From Candidatus Eiseniibacteriota bacterium (GTDB lineage Bacteria > Eisenbacteria > RBG-16-71-46 > DASYSL01): a stretch of DNA of 60,187 nt. Below are positions 53,003 to 60,187 of the stretch, one piece after another. The stretch is taken from the NCBI GenBank assembly GCA_031431875.1, contig JANPEF010000040.1, positions 1 to 60,187 on the forward strand, in the 5' to 3' direction. Below the pieces are notes generated by a model. The model had not been told where the DNA came from and did not search any database. It saw only the letters and a list, made by a program, of their open reading frames with translations. Both the position numbers and the translations under genes were made by a program. How positions within the stretch are numbered: the stretch's first letter is position 1; every line of letters begins with the position of its first letter.

Positions 53003-53045
53003 CGAGATCGCTCCGAGAACAGCTCCCCCCAAAGGAGCGGTCGGC

Positions 53046-53080
53046 AAAGGGGCCCGATGTCCGGGCCCTTTCTGCTATTT
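53046..53080. terminator. Terminator between convergent genes
   Basis: AAAGGGGCCCG-ATGTC-CGGGCCCTTTCTGCTATTT. Confidence 0.65.
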
Positions 53081-53106
53081 CAGCTCAGCGGAGTCGGCGT
53101 TCCAGC

Positions 53107-54246
53107 CTAGTCCGCCCCGCGGGTCTCGGCAGCCAGCACGGGGGCGTCGGTCACGACCGCTGCATGCACGGCCGGCGTGGCCGTCCAGCGATCGATCAGG
53201 CGCCGCGTCTCCGAGAAGCGCACCGAGTTCGACGGAGCGCCGAGGACGACCGAAATCACGTCGCGCGAGCGGGTCGAGACCCAGGTCGCGAGGCAGTAGC
53301 CCGCCTCGCTGATGAAGCCGGTCTTGCCACCGCGCACGTCGAACACGCCGTAGCGGCACAGGCGGTTCGTGTTCACCAGGTGGTAATCCTTCTTCGAGCT
53401 GCGGAACGTGTAGTCGGGCAGCGTCGTGATGTGCGAGATCATCGGCTCACCGCTGGCGCGCTTGAGGATCTGCGCGTACTCGGTCGCGGTCGAGACGTTC
53501 TGCTCGGAGAGTCCCGTGAACTCGACGAAGCGCGTCTGGTGCAGGCCCATGACCTGCGCCTTGCGGTTCATGCGGGCGAGAAACTCCTCGGGCGGAAGGT
53601 CCGAGTTGCGCACCAGCGAGCGCGTCGCCGCGTTGTCCGACGACAGCAGGGCCAGGTGAAGCAGGTCGCGCATGGTGACGATCTCGCCGGAGCGCAGCCG
53701 CGTGTGCCCGGAGCCGGCCAGGTCCTCGCGCGAGACCATCGCCCGGCGCGTCAGATCCGGCTTCATCTCGAGGTACACCATCATCGTCATGAGCTTGGTG
53801 AGGCTCGCGATCGGCATCGCCTGGCCCGAGTTCTTGTCGAACAGGACCTCGCCGGTCTTCGCATCGAGGATGATCGCCGCACGGGCGTTGACGCCGCCGC
53901 TGTAGGAGATCCGGCGCCGGCCCTTCTTGACCACGCGCTTCTTCGACTTGAGCGTCGACTTCTTGACCGGTTTCTTGACCGACTTCTTGCTGGTCGTCGA
54001 CTTCTTGAGGGTGCTCTTGCGGGCAGAAGACTTCTTGGCCGTGGTTTTCTTCGCCGGGGTCTTCTTCGCCGTGGTCGCAGCGGAGCTCGTTCCCGCCGCC
54101 TCGGCGACGGGGGCGAACTCGGCCGGAAGAAGCAGCGCAGCGGACAGGATCAGGCCGGCCAGCGCCCGGAAACGGCGCGAGGCGGCCGCCGGTCGAGCGA
54201 GAGACACTGAGGTGGCCTGGACAGCAACCGGGGCCGAATAGAGCAC
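53107..54246 (-). CDS. S11 D-Ala-D-Ala endopeptidase/carboxypeptidase (PBP7-like) with Lys-rich N-terminal region
   Basis: ASLTK, SDN, KTG motifs; GGAGGGAGG RBS before GTG 54246; signal peptide. Confidence 0.88.
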   Translation of the reverse strand: MLYSAPVAVQATSVSLARPAAASRRFRALAGLILSAALLLPAEFAPVAEAAGTSSAATTAKKTPAKKTTAKKSSARKSTLKKSTTSKKSVKKPVKKSTLKSKKRVVKKGRRRISYSGGVNARAAIILDAKTGEVLFDKNSGQAMPIASLTKLMTMMVYLEMKPDLTRRAMVSREDLAGSGHTRLRSGEIVTMRDLLHLALLSSDNAATRSLVRNSDLPPEEFLARMNRKAQVMGLHQTRFVEFTGLSEQNVSTATEYAQILKRASGEPMISHITTLPDYTFRSSKKDYHLVNTNRLCRYGVFDVRGGKTGFISEAGYCLATWVSTRSRDVISVVLGAPSNSVRFSETRRLIDRWTATPAVHAAVVTDAPVLAAETRGAD

Positions 54247-54678
54247 GGGACCTCCCTCCAGGGGGTCGAGATACGTCGTCAATCGCCACGCGGACAAGGG
54301 GATCGGGCGCCGGCGCAAAGACGCCGCAGCCACCCGTCCTCGAATGCGAGGCGAGTTCCTCTCACGAGACATCTCTTCCGTGAGCAATCCCCGGGCCACA
54401 GCAAGGCTCCGCAGCCGTCGTCGGAAACTTCCGACGGGTGGCCGGAGATTGATCTCGTATCCGGGCGGGCAGCCGATCCGTCCACCGCTGGAGGATTGCC
54501 CGGGCGCGATGGAGCAAGCTTGCACCCCGGGGTGCCCTTCGGTCAACCCAGGTTGTGCCCTGACGATTGGGGGCGAGGCAATTCCTGCGGCTCTGCCCGT
54601 GGATCGGCCCCGTAAACCCTTGCGCGGCAAGGGGCGTTTCTCGCCAAGTGCCTCGCACACAATCGTGCGGGCACGACC

Positions 54679-54709
54679 AAAACGAAAAAGGGAGCCATCG
54701 TGGCTCCCT
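54679..54709 (-). terminator. Intrinsic terminator of the sigma54-driven operon
   Basis: AGGGAGCCA-CGA-TGGCTCCCT followed by TTTTCGTTTT on minus strand. Confidence 0.8.
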
Positions 54710-54719
54710 CTCGTCGTTC

Positions 54720-54836
54720 TGCGTTGCGTCACGGCCCCACGCCTGTTGCCGAGCGTATCAGCCTGTGCTGCGTTGCGACCCCCGTCGCGCCTGCTGCTTG
54801 TGCCACTTGTGCTGCTTGCGCTGCGTCACGGCCCCC
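54720..54836 (-). repeat. Three degenerate direct repeats, period 48-49 nt
   Basis: Plus strand TGCGTTGCGTCACGGCCCC (54720), TGCGTTGCGACCCCC (54769), TGCGCTGCGTCACGGCCCCC (54817). Confidence 0.6.
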
Positions 54837-54858
54837 TTGCTGCCGCCGGTCTCTTGGG

Positions 54859-55440
54859 TCAGGACTCCCTCGAGTCGACGTCGTCCGGATCCAGGACGAT
54901 CCGAACCTGCTCGAGACGTTGGGCCAGTCCGGACGACCAGCCTTGATCTCGCACTGCCCGCCGGAGCGATGACTCGCTGCCGGCGATCAACACACCTTTC
55001 CAGAGCTGGCTCGTGCCAGCGGACGCACCCTCTGCATCGTCCGTGACCCTCGAAGTCCGGGTCAGGAGGTCGAGCAGGAGAACCTGCGTCTCGACACCCA
55101 GCGTCTCGATCTCGTCGAGAAAGAGACTTCCGCCTTCGAGCCGGTTCAGGAGTTGCGGGGAGTCGCCTCCTGAAGTCCCGACGAGCCAGCCTTGGAGCGC
55201 TCGCTGGAGAAGGCCCTCGTCGGTCGAGCAATCGATCCGAAGGAAGGGACCGTCCGGTCCGCGCTGCTCCCGGTGCAGTGCGCGGGCGACGCTCTCGCGT
55301 TCGCTCTCGCTCTTCCCGATCACCAGGGCTGCAGCCGAAGCCGCCCTGCCTGCGATCGGGTCGATCGCACCCATCCCGTCGTCTCCGCCCGAAGTGCTCG
55401 ACTCTCGACGTTCTCTCACCGGAGAACCTCTCGACGTCAT
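54859..55440 (-). CDS. Stand-alone degenerate sigma54-activator AAA domain protein
   Basis: LVIGKSESERESVARALH..PFLRIDC..GGSLFLDEIETL..QVLLL; no GAFTGA, no HTH; alternative ATG at 55374. Confidence 0.75.
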   Translation of the reverse strand: MTSRGSPVRERRESSTSGGDDGMGAIDPIAGRAASAAALVIGKSESERESVARALHREQRGPDGPFLRIDCSTDEGLLQRALQGWLVGTSGGDSPQLLNRLEGGSLFLDEIETLGVETQVLLLDLLTRTSRVTDDAEGASAGTSQLWKGVLIAGSESSLRRAVRDQGWSSGLAQRLEQVRIVLDPDDVDSRES

Positions 55441-55477
55441 CCCTCTCCGACCCCGCGTCGGGAGGTGCGGCCGCGTC

Positions 55478-55654
55478 CTAGAACGCTGCCTGGGCGATCT
55501 GGTGGCTCCACTGAGCCGCCGTGATCATGTCGTCGAAGTTCATGTCAGGTGGATTCACGTTTCCTCCAGGCTGATTCCAGTCGGCCATCGACGGGCTTGC
55601 CTGCAGCAACGCCAGAACCGCCAAAACCGCGACGACATTGCGACGAGACTTCAT
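55478..55654 (-). CDS. 58-aa secreted peptide (not in ORF track)
   Basis: AGGGAGG RBS 6 nt before ATG; MKSRRNVVAVLAVLALLQASPSMA signal then DWNQPGGNVNPPDMNFDDMITAAQWSHQIAQAAF. Confidence 0.8.
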   Translation of the reverse strand: MKSRRNVVAVLAVLALLQASPSMADWNQPGGNVNPPDMNFDDMITAAQWSHQIAQAAF

Positions 55655-55718
55655 GGGCTACCTCCCTGTTGCTTTTCCCGAGTTGCATCGGCCGGACGGC
55701 CGGGCACTTCGGTGGAGG

Positions 55719-55760
55719 TAGCGCCTCTCGTGCCAATCTCTATTGCGAGGAGAGTGCCAA
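55719..55760 (-). promoter_or_regulatory. Two tandem sigma54 -24/-12 promoters
   Basis: TTGGCACTCTCCTCGCAA (55760-43) and TTGGCACGAGAGGCGCTA (55736-19), both GG-N10-GC. Confidence 0.75.
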
Positions 55761-55799
55761 TCGGGGGCTCGGAACAATCTGATCTTCTAATCGTTTGAA

Positions 55800-55812
55800 A
55801 TACAATAAGTTA
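55800..55812 (+). promoter_or_regulatory. IHF-like site
   Basis: ATACAATAAGTTA (CAA-N4-TTA core) in an AT-rich patch between the enhancer and promoters. Confidence 0.45.
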
Positions 55813-55858
55813 AGTGCTTAGTCCTTGACGCGATCAACTGGTCTTGAGGCGAGTTGGT

Positions 55859-55966
55859 TGCGCAGGTTTCTGCGCGATTCTATGGGTCAAACCCGCCAAG
55901 TGCCATTGCAACTTGCAATTCGCAATGCGTAGATACTTGCGCGAAAATTGCGCAGAAACCTACGCT
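55859..55966. promoter_or_regulatory. Three palindromic enhancer-like sites TGCGCA-N6-TGCGCA
   Basis: TGCGCAGGTTTCTGCGCG (55859), TGCGTAGATACTTGCGCG (55926), TGCGCAGAAACCTACGCT (55949). Confidence 0.7.
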
Positions 55967-58900
55967 TTCGGACGGAGGATCCGGGGGCGAGCCGCCTTCT
56001 CGGGGCGAACCGTCGCTTTGTCTGCGGGGGGTTCAGTCTCGAGGTTCAGCTTGCCGATTCGGTAGCGGAGGGTCGGTTCGGCAAGTCCGACCATGGCTGC
56101 GGCCCGGCGCTGATTGCCGCCGGCGCTCTGTAGGGCCGCTCGTATCCAGCGGCGCTCAACGTCTTCGAGAGCAACTTTAAGGTCGGCCGGTGGACCGACA
56201 GCCTCCCCGAGAGCGAACTCCTCGCCTCTGCGCCTGGGGCGGGAGGGTCGATGCGGCTCGAGATCGCTCGGCAGCACGATTGGCTCGAGTGCCGGTCCGG
56301 CCGACATGACCAAGCTCCGCTCGATGTAATTCTGCAACTCACGCACGTTCCCTGGCCAGTTGCTCCGCAGGAGTGTGGTCTGGAACTCCGCGGACATGCG
56401 CGGAACCGATAGATGCCCGTCTTCGCACGCACGCTCGAGGAAGTGCCGTGCGAGCAGAGGGATGTCTGCTTTCCGATCTCTCAGCGGCGGCAGGTGGATC
56501 GGGAGCCCCTGGATGCGGAAGTAGAGATCCTCGCGAAACTTACCCTCCCGGATGAGCTCGTCGAGATCGCGGTGCGTGGCCGTGATCAAGCGCACGTCGA
56601 CGCGGACGACCTCCGACCCTCCGATGCGGGTGAACTCGCGCTCCTGAAGCACGCGCAGTAGCTTCACTTGAAGGGCTGGCGGCATGTCGCCGATCTCGTC
56701 GAGGAAGAGCGTTCCGCCGTTCGCCCGCTCGAAGTATCCAGGGCGACCCCTGACGCCGGTGGCGACCCGGTCTTCGATTCCGAACAGTTCCGACTCGATC
56801 AGGTCGGCCGGCAAGGCGGCGCAGTTCAGGGAGAGAAACGGTCGGTCGGCGCGCGGCGACGCGAAGTGAATGGTCTTCGCAACCAGATCCTTGCCTGTTC
56901 CCGATTCCCCGGTGATAAGTACAGTGGCCCGCGACGGAGCCATACGTTCGATCTCGTAGAGGACCCGTTCAATCTCGGCGCTCTGGCCAACGATGCTCGT
57001 GGCGCTGAACTTCCCGCCCACTTCGCGGCGCAAACTTGCGCTCTCGCCCAGGGCGCGGTCTCGCGCCAGCCGGAGCTCTTCGGTGAGGCGAGCATTGCGG
57101 ATCGCCGCCGCGACGACGTTGGCAAACGCCTCCACGAGTTCGAGCTGGCGTTCATCGAACTGGCCCGCTGCCGCGCGGTTCTCGAGGTAGATCGTGCCGA
57201 TGCCCTCGTCCCCGATGCGAAGTGGCGTGCACAGTATCGAACGCATAGACAGGTCGAGGACACTCAACGTCGAGACGAGGCGCGGATCGCTCGCCGCGTC
57301 ATCGGAGTGAAAGGTCTCGCCGCTCGCGGTGACCTTGCGGATCACGGTGCGGCTGATATCGAGCGCCGAACTTCTTGCTTCCTCGTCCACCTGCCCGAAC
57401 TGGGCTACCGGTCGAGGGTCTCCCTGTCCGTCGTGGAGCAGTATGTAGCCACGCTGTGCTCCCATCCTCTCGCAAACGAGGGACAGCGCCCGCGGGAGGA
57501 GCAGCGTTGGGTCGACCGCGGAGTTGAGCAGCTCGCTGACGCGGTAGAGCGTATCGCGCTCGGTTGCTTCAATCTGTCCCGGTGCACGGTCCGGCGCCAA
57601 CCCCAGTTCGAGCAGGAACTCGGCGATTCTTCGCGTGAATGAGCGAAGGCCAAGGCTTCGGGCCAGGCCGAACGACTCCTGCAAGAGCCATGATCCCGAC
57701 TCCCCGGCACCACGTTGGACAAGGGCTACGCCCATGAGCGACCCCAGTTCGAGCGCAGCTGTCCGATGATCCATCTTCGAATCGAGCTCGAGAGCACGGC
57801 GCACCCGCTGCATCGCCGAGGGGAGTTGGTTCCGCCCCAATTCCTGCCAAGCGGCGATCTCCTCTCTCCGGGCCTCGGGGAGGCGATCCTCGATCCGCAC
57901 CTTCGAGAGGATTGTGCTCGCTTGATCGGCAACGACTCCGAGGGCGCTCAGGCGATGGAGCTCCGGAAGGACGATTTCCGCAACCCCGAGATCGGCAGGC
58001 CGCAAATCGACGGCCATCTCGAAGTCCTCGAGGGCGGCCTTGTGTCGCGACGTTCGGGCGAGAGTGCGTCCTCGCATCGCCGCAGCGAGCGCGCGGTACA
58101 CCGGCAGTGACGTGCCGCGGCGTGGGTCGAGGAGCGCGCTCCACCGGCGATACGCCGCACGGAGTCGGCCTTCCAAGCGCAGCCGCTCACCGACATAGAT
58201 CTCGTGATGTACACGCGCATGCTGAAAGTCGATCGAGGGGAGCCATGCGCGCTCGATGATCTGCAGTCGCCTGACCTCGGGGAGTCGACCCCGGCGAAGC
58301 GCCGCCGGGACACACGTTGCAAGCTCGCTCAGGAGCCTGTGTGGGTCGCGCCGCCGGCGCGCCAGCTCGATTGCACGTTGTGTTGTGCGCTCGAAGTCCG
58401 ACCAGGCGCCCATGTTTGCGTAGCTCGACGCGAGGTTTCCGAGATCGTGGCTCACATCAAGCGTGCTGCCGGCCTGTTCGTGACGGGCGACAGCATCCTT
58501 GTGCAGCGCGATCGCTTCCTCGTAGTTCCCTTCGAGTCGCGCGATCAAACCGAGATTCCCCGAGATGGTCGCATGAAGGCCGAGTGGATCCTCCGCGCTC
58601 ACAAGGGCGCGCGCTTCATCCAGCATTGCTCGCCCGCGCTCCTGCTGGCCTTCGAGATACAACTGGATCCCGTAGCGGTTGCGCACACGCGCCTGTTGAT
58701 CGGCGTCGTCGGGCGGGGCGGTTGCGAGCGCGAGCTCGTACTCGTGCAGGGACTCCATGCCGCGGCCGAGGAGACGGACGGCGTTGGCGCGCTGGAAGTG
58801 CCAGTTCATCGTCTCGATCCCGACCGGTGCCAAGTGACCCGCGGCATCGTCGAGCGCGACGAGCGCGCGCCGCACGTCGCCCATCTCGACAAGCAATGCG

Positions 58901-60186
58901 CTGCGTCGCAGCACAAGCCGCAGGCGGCGATCTGCGGCCAGCTCACTAGTCTCACCGAGGAATCTCTCGAGCAATCCAGCCGCATTCCGGAATCTCCCAC
59001 GATCGGCTTCCCGCTCCGCGAGTTCTGGAAGGAGTTCGCTGTCGCGCGGCTGGTCCGTGAGAATGGGGATCAGCCGGTCCAGAGCGGCCTGCCGGTCGGC
59101 AAGAGAGTCCTCGGCGGTCGTACGGACTGCGGCGAGCAGCCGATCGCGGGCCGAGCCCGTATCGCCACGCGCGAGATCAAGCTCCCCTCGGAGGCGAAGT
59201 GCGCGTGCAGACTTCGGTGTCGGGTCGAGGGAGGTCGCGAGTCGTTCAAGCGTCGCCGGAGACGCCGTTCGAAGGAGCGCAGCCCGGACCCGGTCGGCAG
59301 ATCCGGGGGAATGCAGGCTGAGTCGATTGCCGTTCCAGTGAATCGCGTCGAGCCACCAGAGTTCAGCTTCGAGGTCGGTCGGGACCGTCCCTTGATCGAT
59401 CTCGAACGCGAGCAGGAGCAGCACGGCTCGCGCCTCAGGAGAAAGCAACTCGAGCCTCTCGGCGAAGTCGTCCCCATCGGACCGCTCGAGCGCGTCGAGT
59501 CCTGCCGGTTCATCCAGGTACATGCCACCGGGCGCCATCCGCAAGGCATCCGCGCGAAGTAGCAAGTCGAGAGCGCGGTGCACGGGCCCTGGGGTATGCC
59601 CGGCCTCTCGAAGTACGAAATCGACGATGCGCGGCGTGACGGTCCCACCGAGGCGCGAAACAAGCAGGCTCCGAAGGTCGACCGCGGAGAGATCACCGAC
59701 TTCGACCACCTGTCTTCGCGGATCCTCTGGGAGCGCGAGGAGGCTCGCACTCCACGATTCGCCGGGGCCCGACGCGTCGACGGTCGCGACCAGTGCTAGT
59801 GGCGCCCGGAGAAGTGCAAGGTCCAACCCGGCCAGTCCCACGCCTGGCCAGGAATCCACATCATCGAGGACGATCAGGGCTCCTGCCGTAGCCTGAGGAG
59901 AGCCAAGTGTCGCCCCGAGGCGATCGATCTCCGCCTGTGGGGAGGGCGTCTCCGCGTCGAGCCACACGACACCATGCCCCGCAAGCTCCGCCTCGACCGC
60001 GATCTCCCGCGCCAGCCGGGTGCGTCCGCTGCCTCGCCGACCGCGCACGACCGCGAGCTGGATGTGACCGCAGAAGAGGTGCGCGCGCAGCGTCTCGAGC
60101 GCGGCCGCGCGGCCGACGAACGTGCCGCGGGCGCCGACGCCCGGGGCGCCGGCGGGGCCGGCGTGCGTCTCGGCCAGCGTGCGCAG
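55960..60186 (-). CDS. Giant sigma54-dependent activator: STAND-like NTPase, TPR array, GAF, AAA+, Fis-HTH (5' partial)
   Basis: Frame open to the window edge (FVGR..GRRGSGRT); helical repeats (ISGNLGLIARLEGNYEEA); GAF (RSILCTPL..IYLEN); GESGTGKD, ESELFG..RVATGV, LFLDEIG, FREDLYFR, WPGNVRELQN, HTH. Confidence 0.9.
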   Translation of the reverse strand: MRTLAETHAGPAGAPGVGARGTFVGRAAALETLRAHLFCGHIQLAVVRGRRGSGRTRLAREIAVEAELAGHGVVWLDAETPSPQAEIDRLGATLGSPQATAGALIVLDDVDSWPGVGLAGLDLALLRAPLALVATVDASGPGESWSASLLALPEDPRRQVVEVGDLSAVDLRSLLVSRLGGTVTPRIVDFVLREAGHTPGPVHRALDLLLRADALRMAPGGMYLDEPAGLDALERSDGDDFAERLELLSPEARAVLLLLAFEIDQGTVPTDLEAELWWLDAIHWNGNRLSLHSPGSADRVRAALLRTASPATLERLATSLDPTPKSARALRLRGELDLARGDTGSARDRLLAAVRTTAEDSLADRQAALDRLIPILTDQPRDSELLPELAEREADRGRFRNAAGLLERFLGETSELAADRRLRLVLRRSALLVEMGDVRRALVALDDAAGHLAPVGIETMNWHFQRANAVRLLGRGMESLHEYELALATAPPDDADQQARVRNRYGIQLYLEGQQERGRAMLDEARALVSAEDPLGLHATISGNLGLIARLEGNYEEAIALHKDAVARHEQAGSTLDVSHDLGNLASSYANMGAWSDFERTTQRAIELARRRRDPHRLLSELATCVPAALRRGRLPEVRRLQIIERAWLPSIDFQHARVHHEIYVGERLRLEGRLRAAYRRWSALLDPRRGTSLPVYRALAAAMRGRTLARTSRHKAALEDFEMAVDLRPADLGVAEIVLPELHRLSALGVVADQASTILSKVRIEDRLPEARREEIAAWQELGRNQLPSAMQRVRRALELDSKMDHRTAALELGSLMGVALVQRGAGESGSWLLQESFGLARSLGLRSFTRRIAEFLLELGLAPDRAPGQIEATERDTLYRVSELLNSAVDPTLLLPRALSLVCERMGAQRGYILLHDGQGDPRPVAQFGQVDEEARSSALDISRTVIRKVTASGETFHSDDAASDPRLVSTLSVLDLSMRSILCTPLRIGDEGIGTIYLENRAAAGQFDERQLELVEAFANVVAAAIRNARLTEELRLARDRALGESASLRREVGGKFSATSIVGQSAEIERVLYEIERMAPSRATVLITGESGTGKDLVAKTIHFASPRADRPFLSLNCAALPADLIESELFGIEDRVATGVRGRPGYFERANGGTLFLDEIGDMPPALQVKLLRVLQEREFTRIGGSEVVRVDVRLITATHRDLDELIREGKFREDLYFRIQGLPIHLPPLRDRKADIPLLARHFLERACEDGHLSVPRMSAEFQTTLLRSNWPGNVRELQNYIERSLVMSAGPALEPIVLPSDLEPHRPSRPRRRGEEFALGEAVGPPADLKVALEDVERRWIRAALQSAGGNQRRAAAMVGLAEPTLRYRIGKLNLETEPPADKATVRPEKAARPRILRPKA

Positions 60187-60187
60187 C

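Noticed and set aside
53920..54070. TTCTT-rich periodic tract
   Set aside because: Encodes the Lys-rich linker of the S11 peptidase.
53107..54732. Extended 541-aa version of the S11 peptidase
   Set aside because: The extension crosses a terminator and promoter; the strong RBS and signal peptide support GTG 54246.
54720..54836. Possible mini CRISPR array
   Set aside because: Only three short, degenerate units, similar spacers and no cas genes.
55890..55906. Extra TGGCA(C) motifs here and near 49933 and 54805
   Set aside because: No GC at the GG-N10-GC position, so they are not sigma54 promoters.

Overview
High-GC bacterial chromosomal segment with about 50 CDSs. I see no rRNA, tRNA, CRISPR array, integrase or transposase. 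A secreted protein ending in TWGGIKGIYR and another ending in an FlgD-Ig-like domain suggest Ca. Eisenbacteria or a relative (inference). Most genes are housekeeping or metabolic: P5C dehydrogenase, two group II PLP decarboxylases, rsgA, glgP, a beta-galactosidase, a DEAD-box helicase, an ABC-F ATPase, sppA, creD, cydAB and an S11 peptidase. A leucine-degradation set (MCC subunits, hydratase, HMG-CoA lyase) is interrupted by cydAB and a carbonic anhydrase-SbtA-SbtB module. Several small TA-type inserts are present. The most striking locus is at the right end. A giant STAND-like/TPR/GAF/sigma54-AAA+/HTH activator is followed by three palindromic enhancer-like sites, an IHF-like site and two tandem sigma54 promoters. 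These drive an unannotated 58-aa secreted peptide, a catalytically degenerate mini-activator, a 3' repeat tract and a terminator. The layout resembles a peptide-signalling circuit wired to sigma54. Other notable signals are a leader-peptide attenuator before rsgA, a probable CTG start for the helicase, a 125-bp palindrome with a CGTACG array before an orphan Phd antitoxin, and tandem operators on an AAA-DUF4143 gene. All family assignments come from motif recognition by eye; no searches were run.
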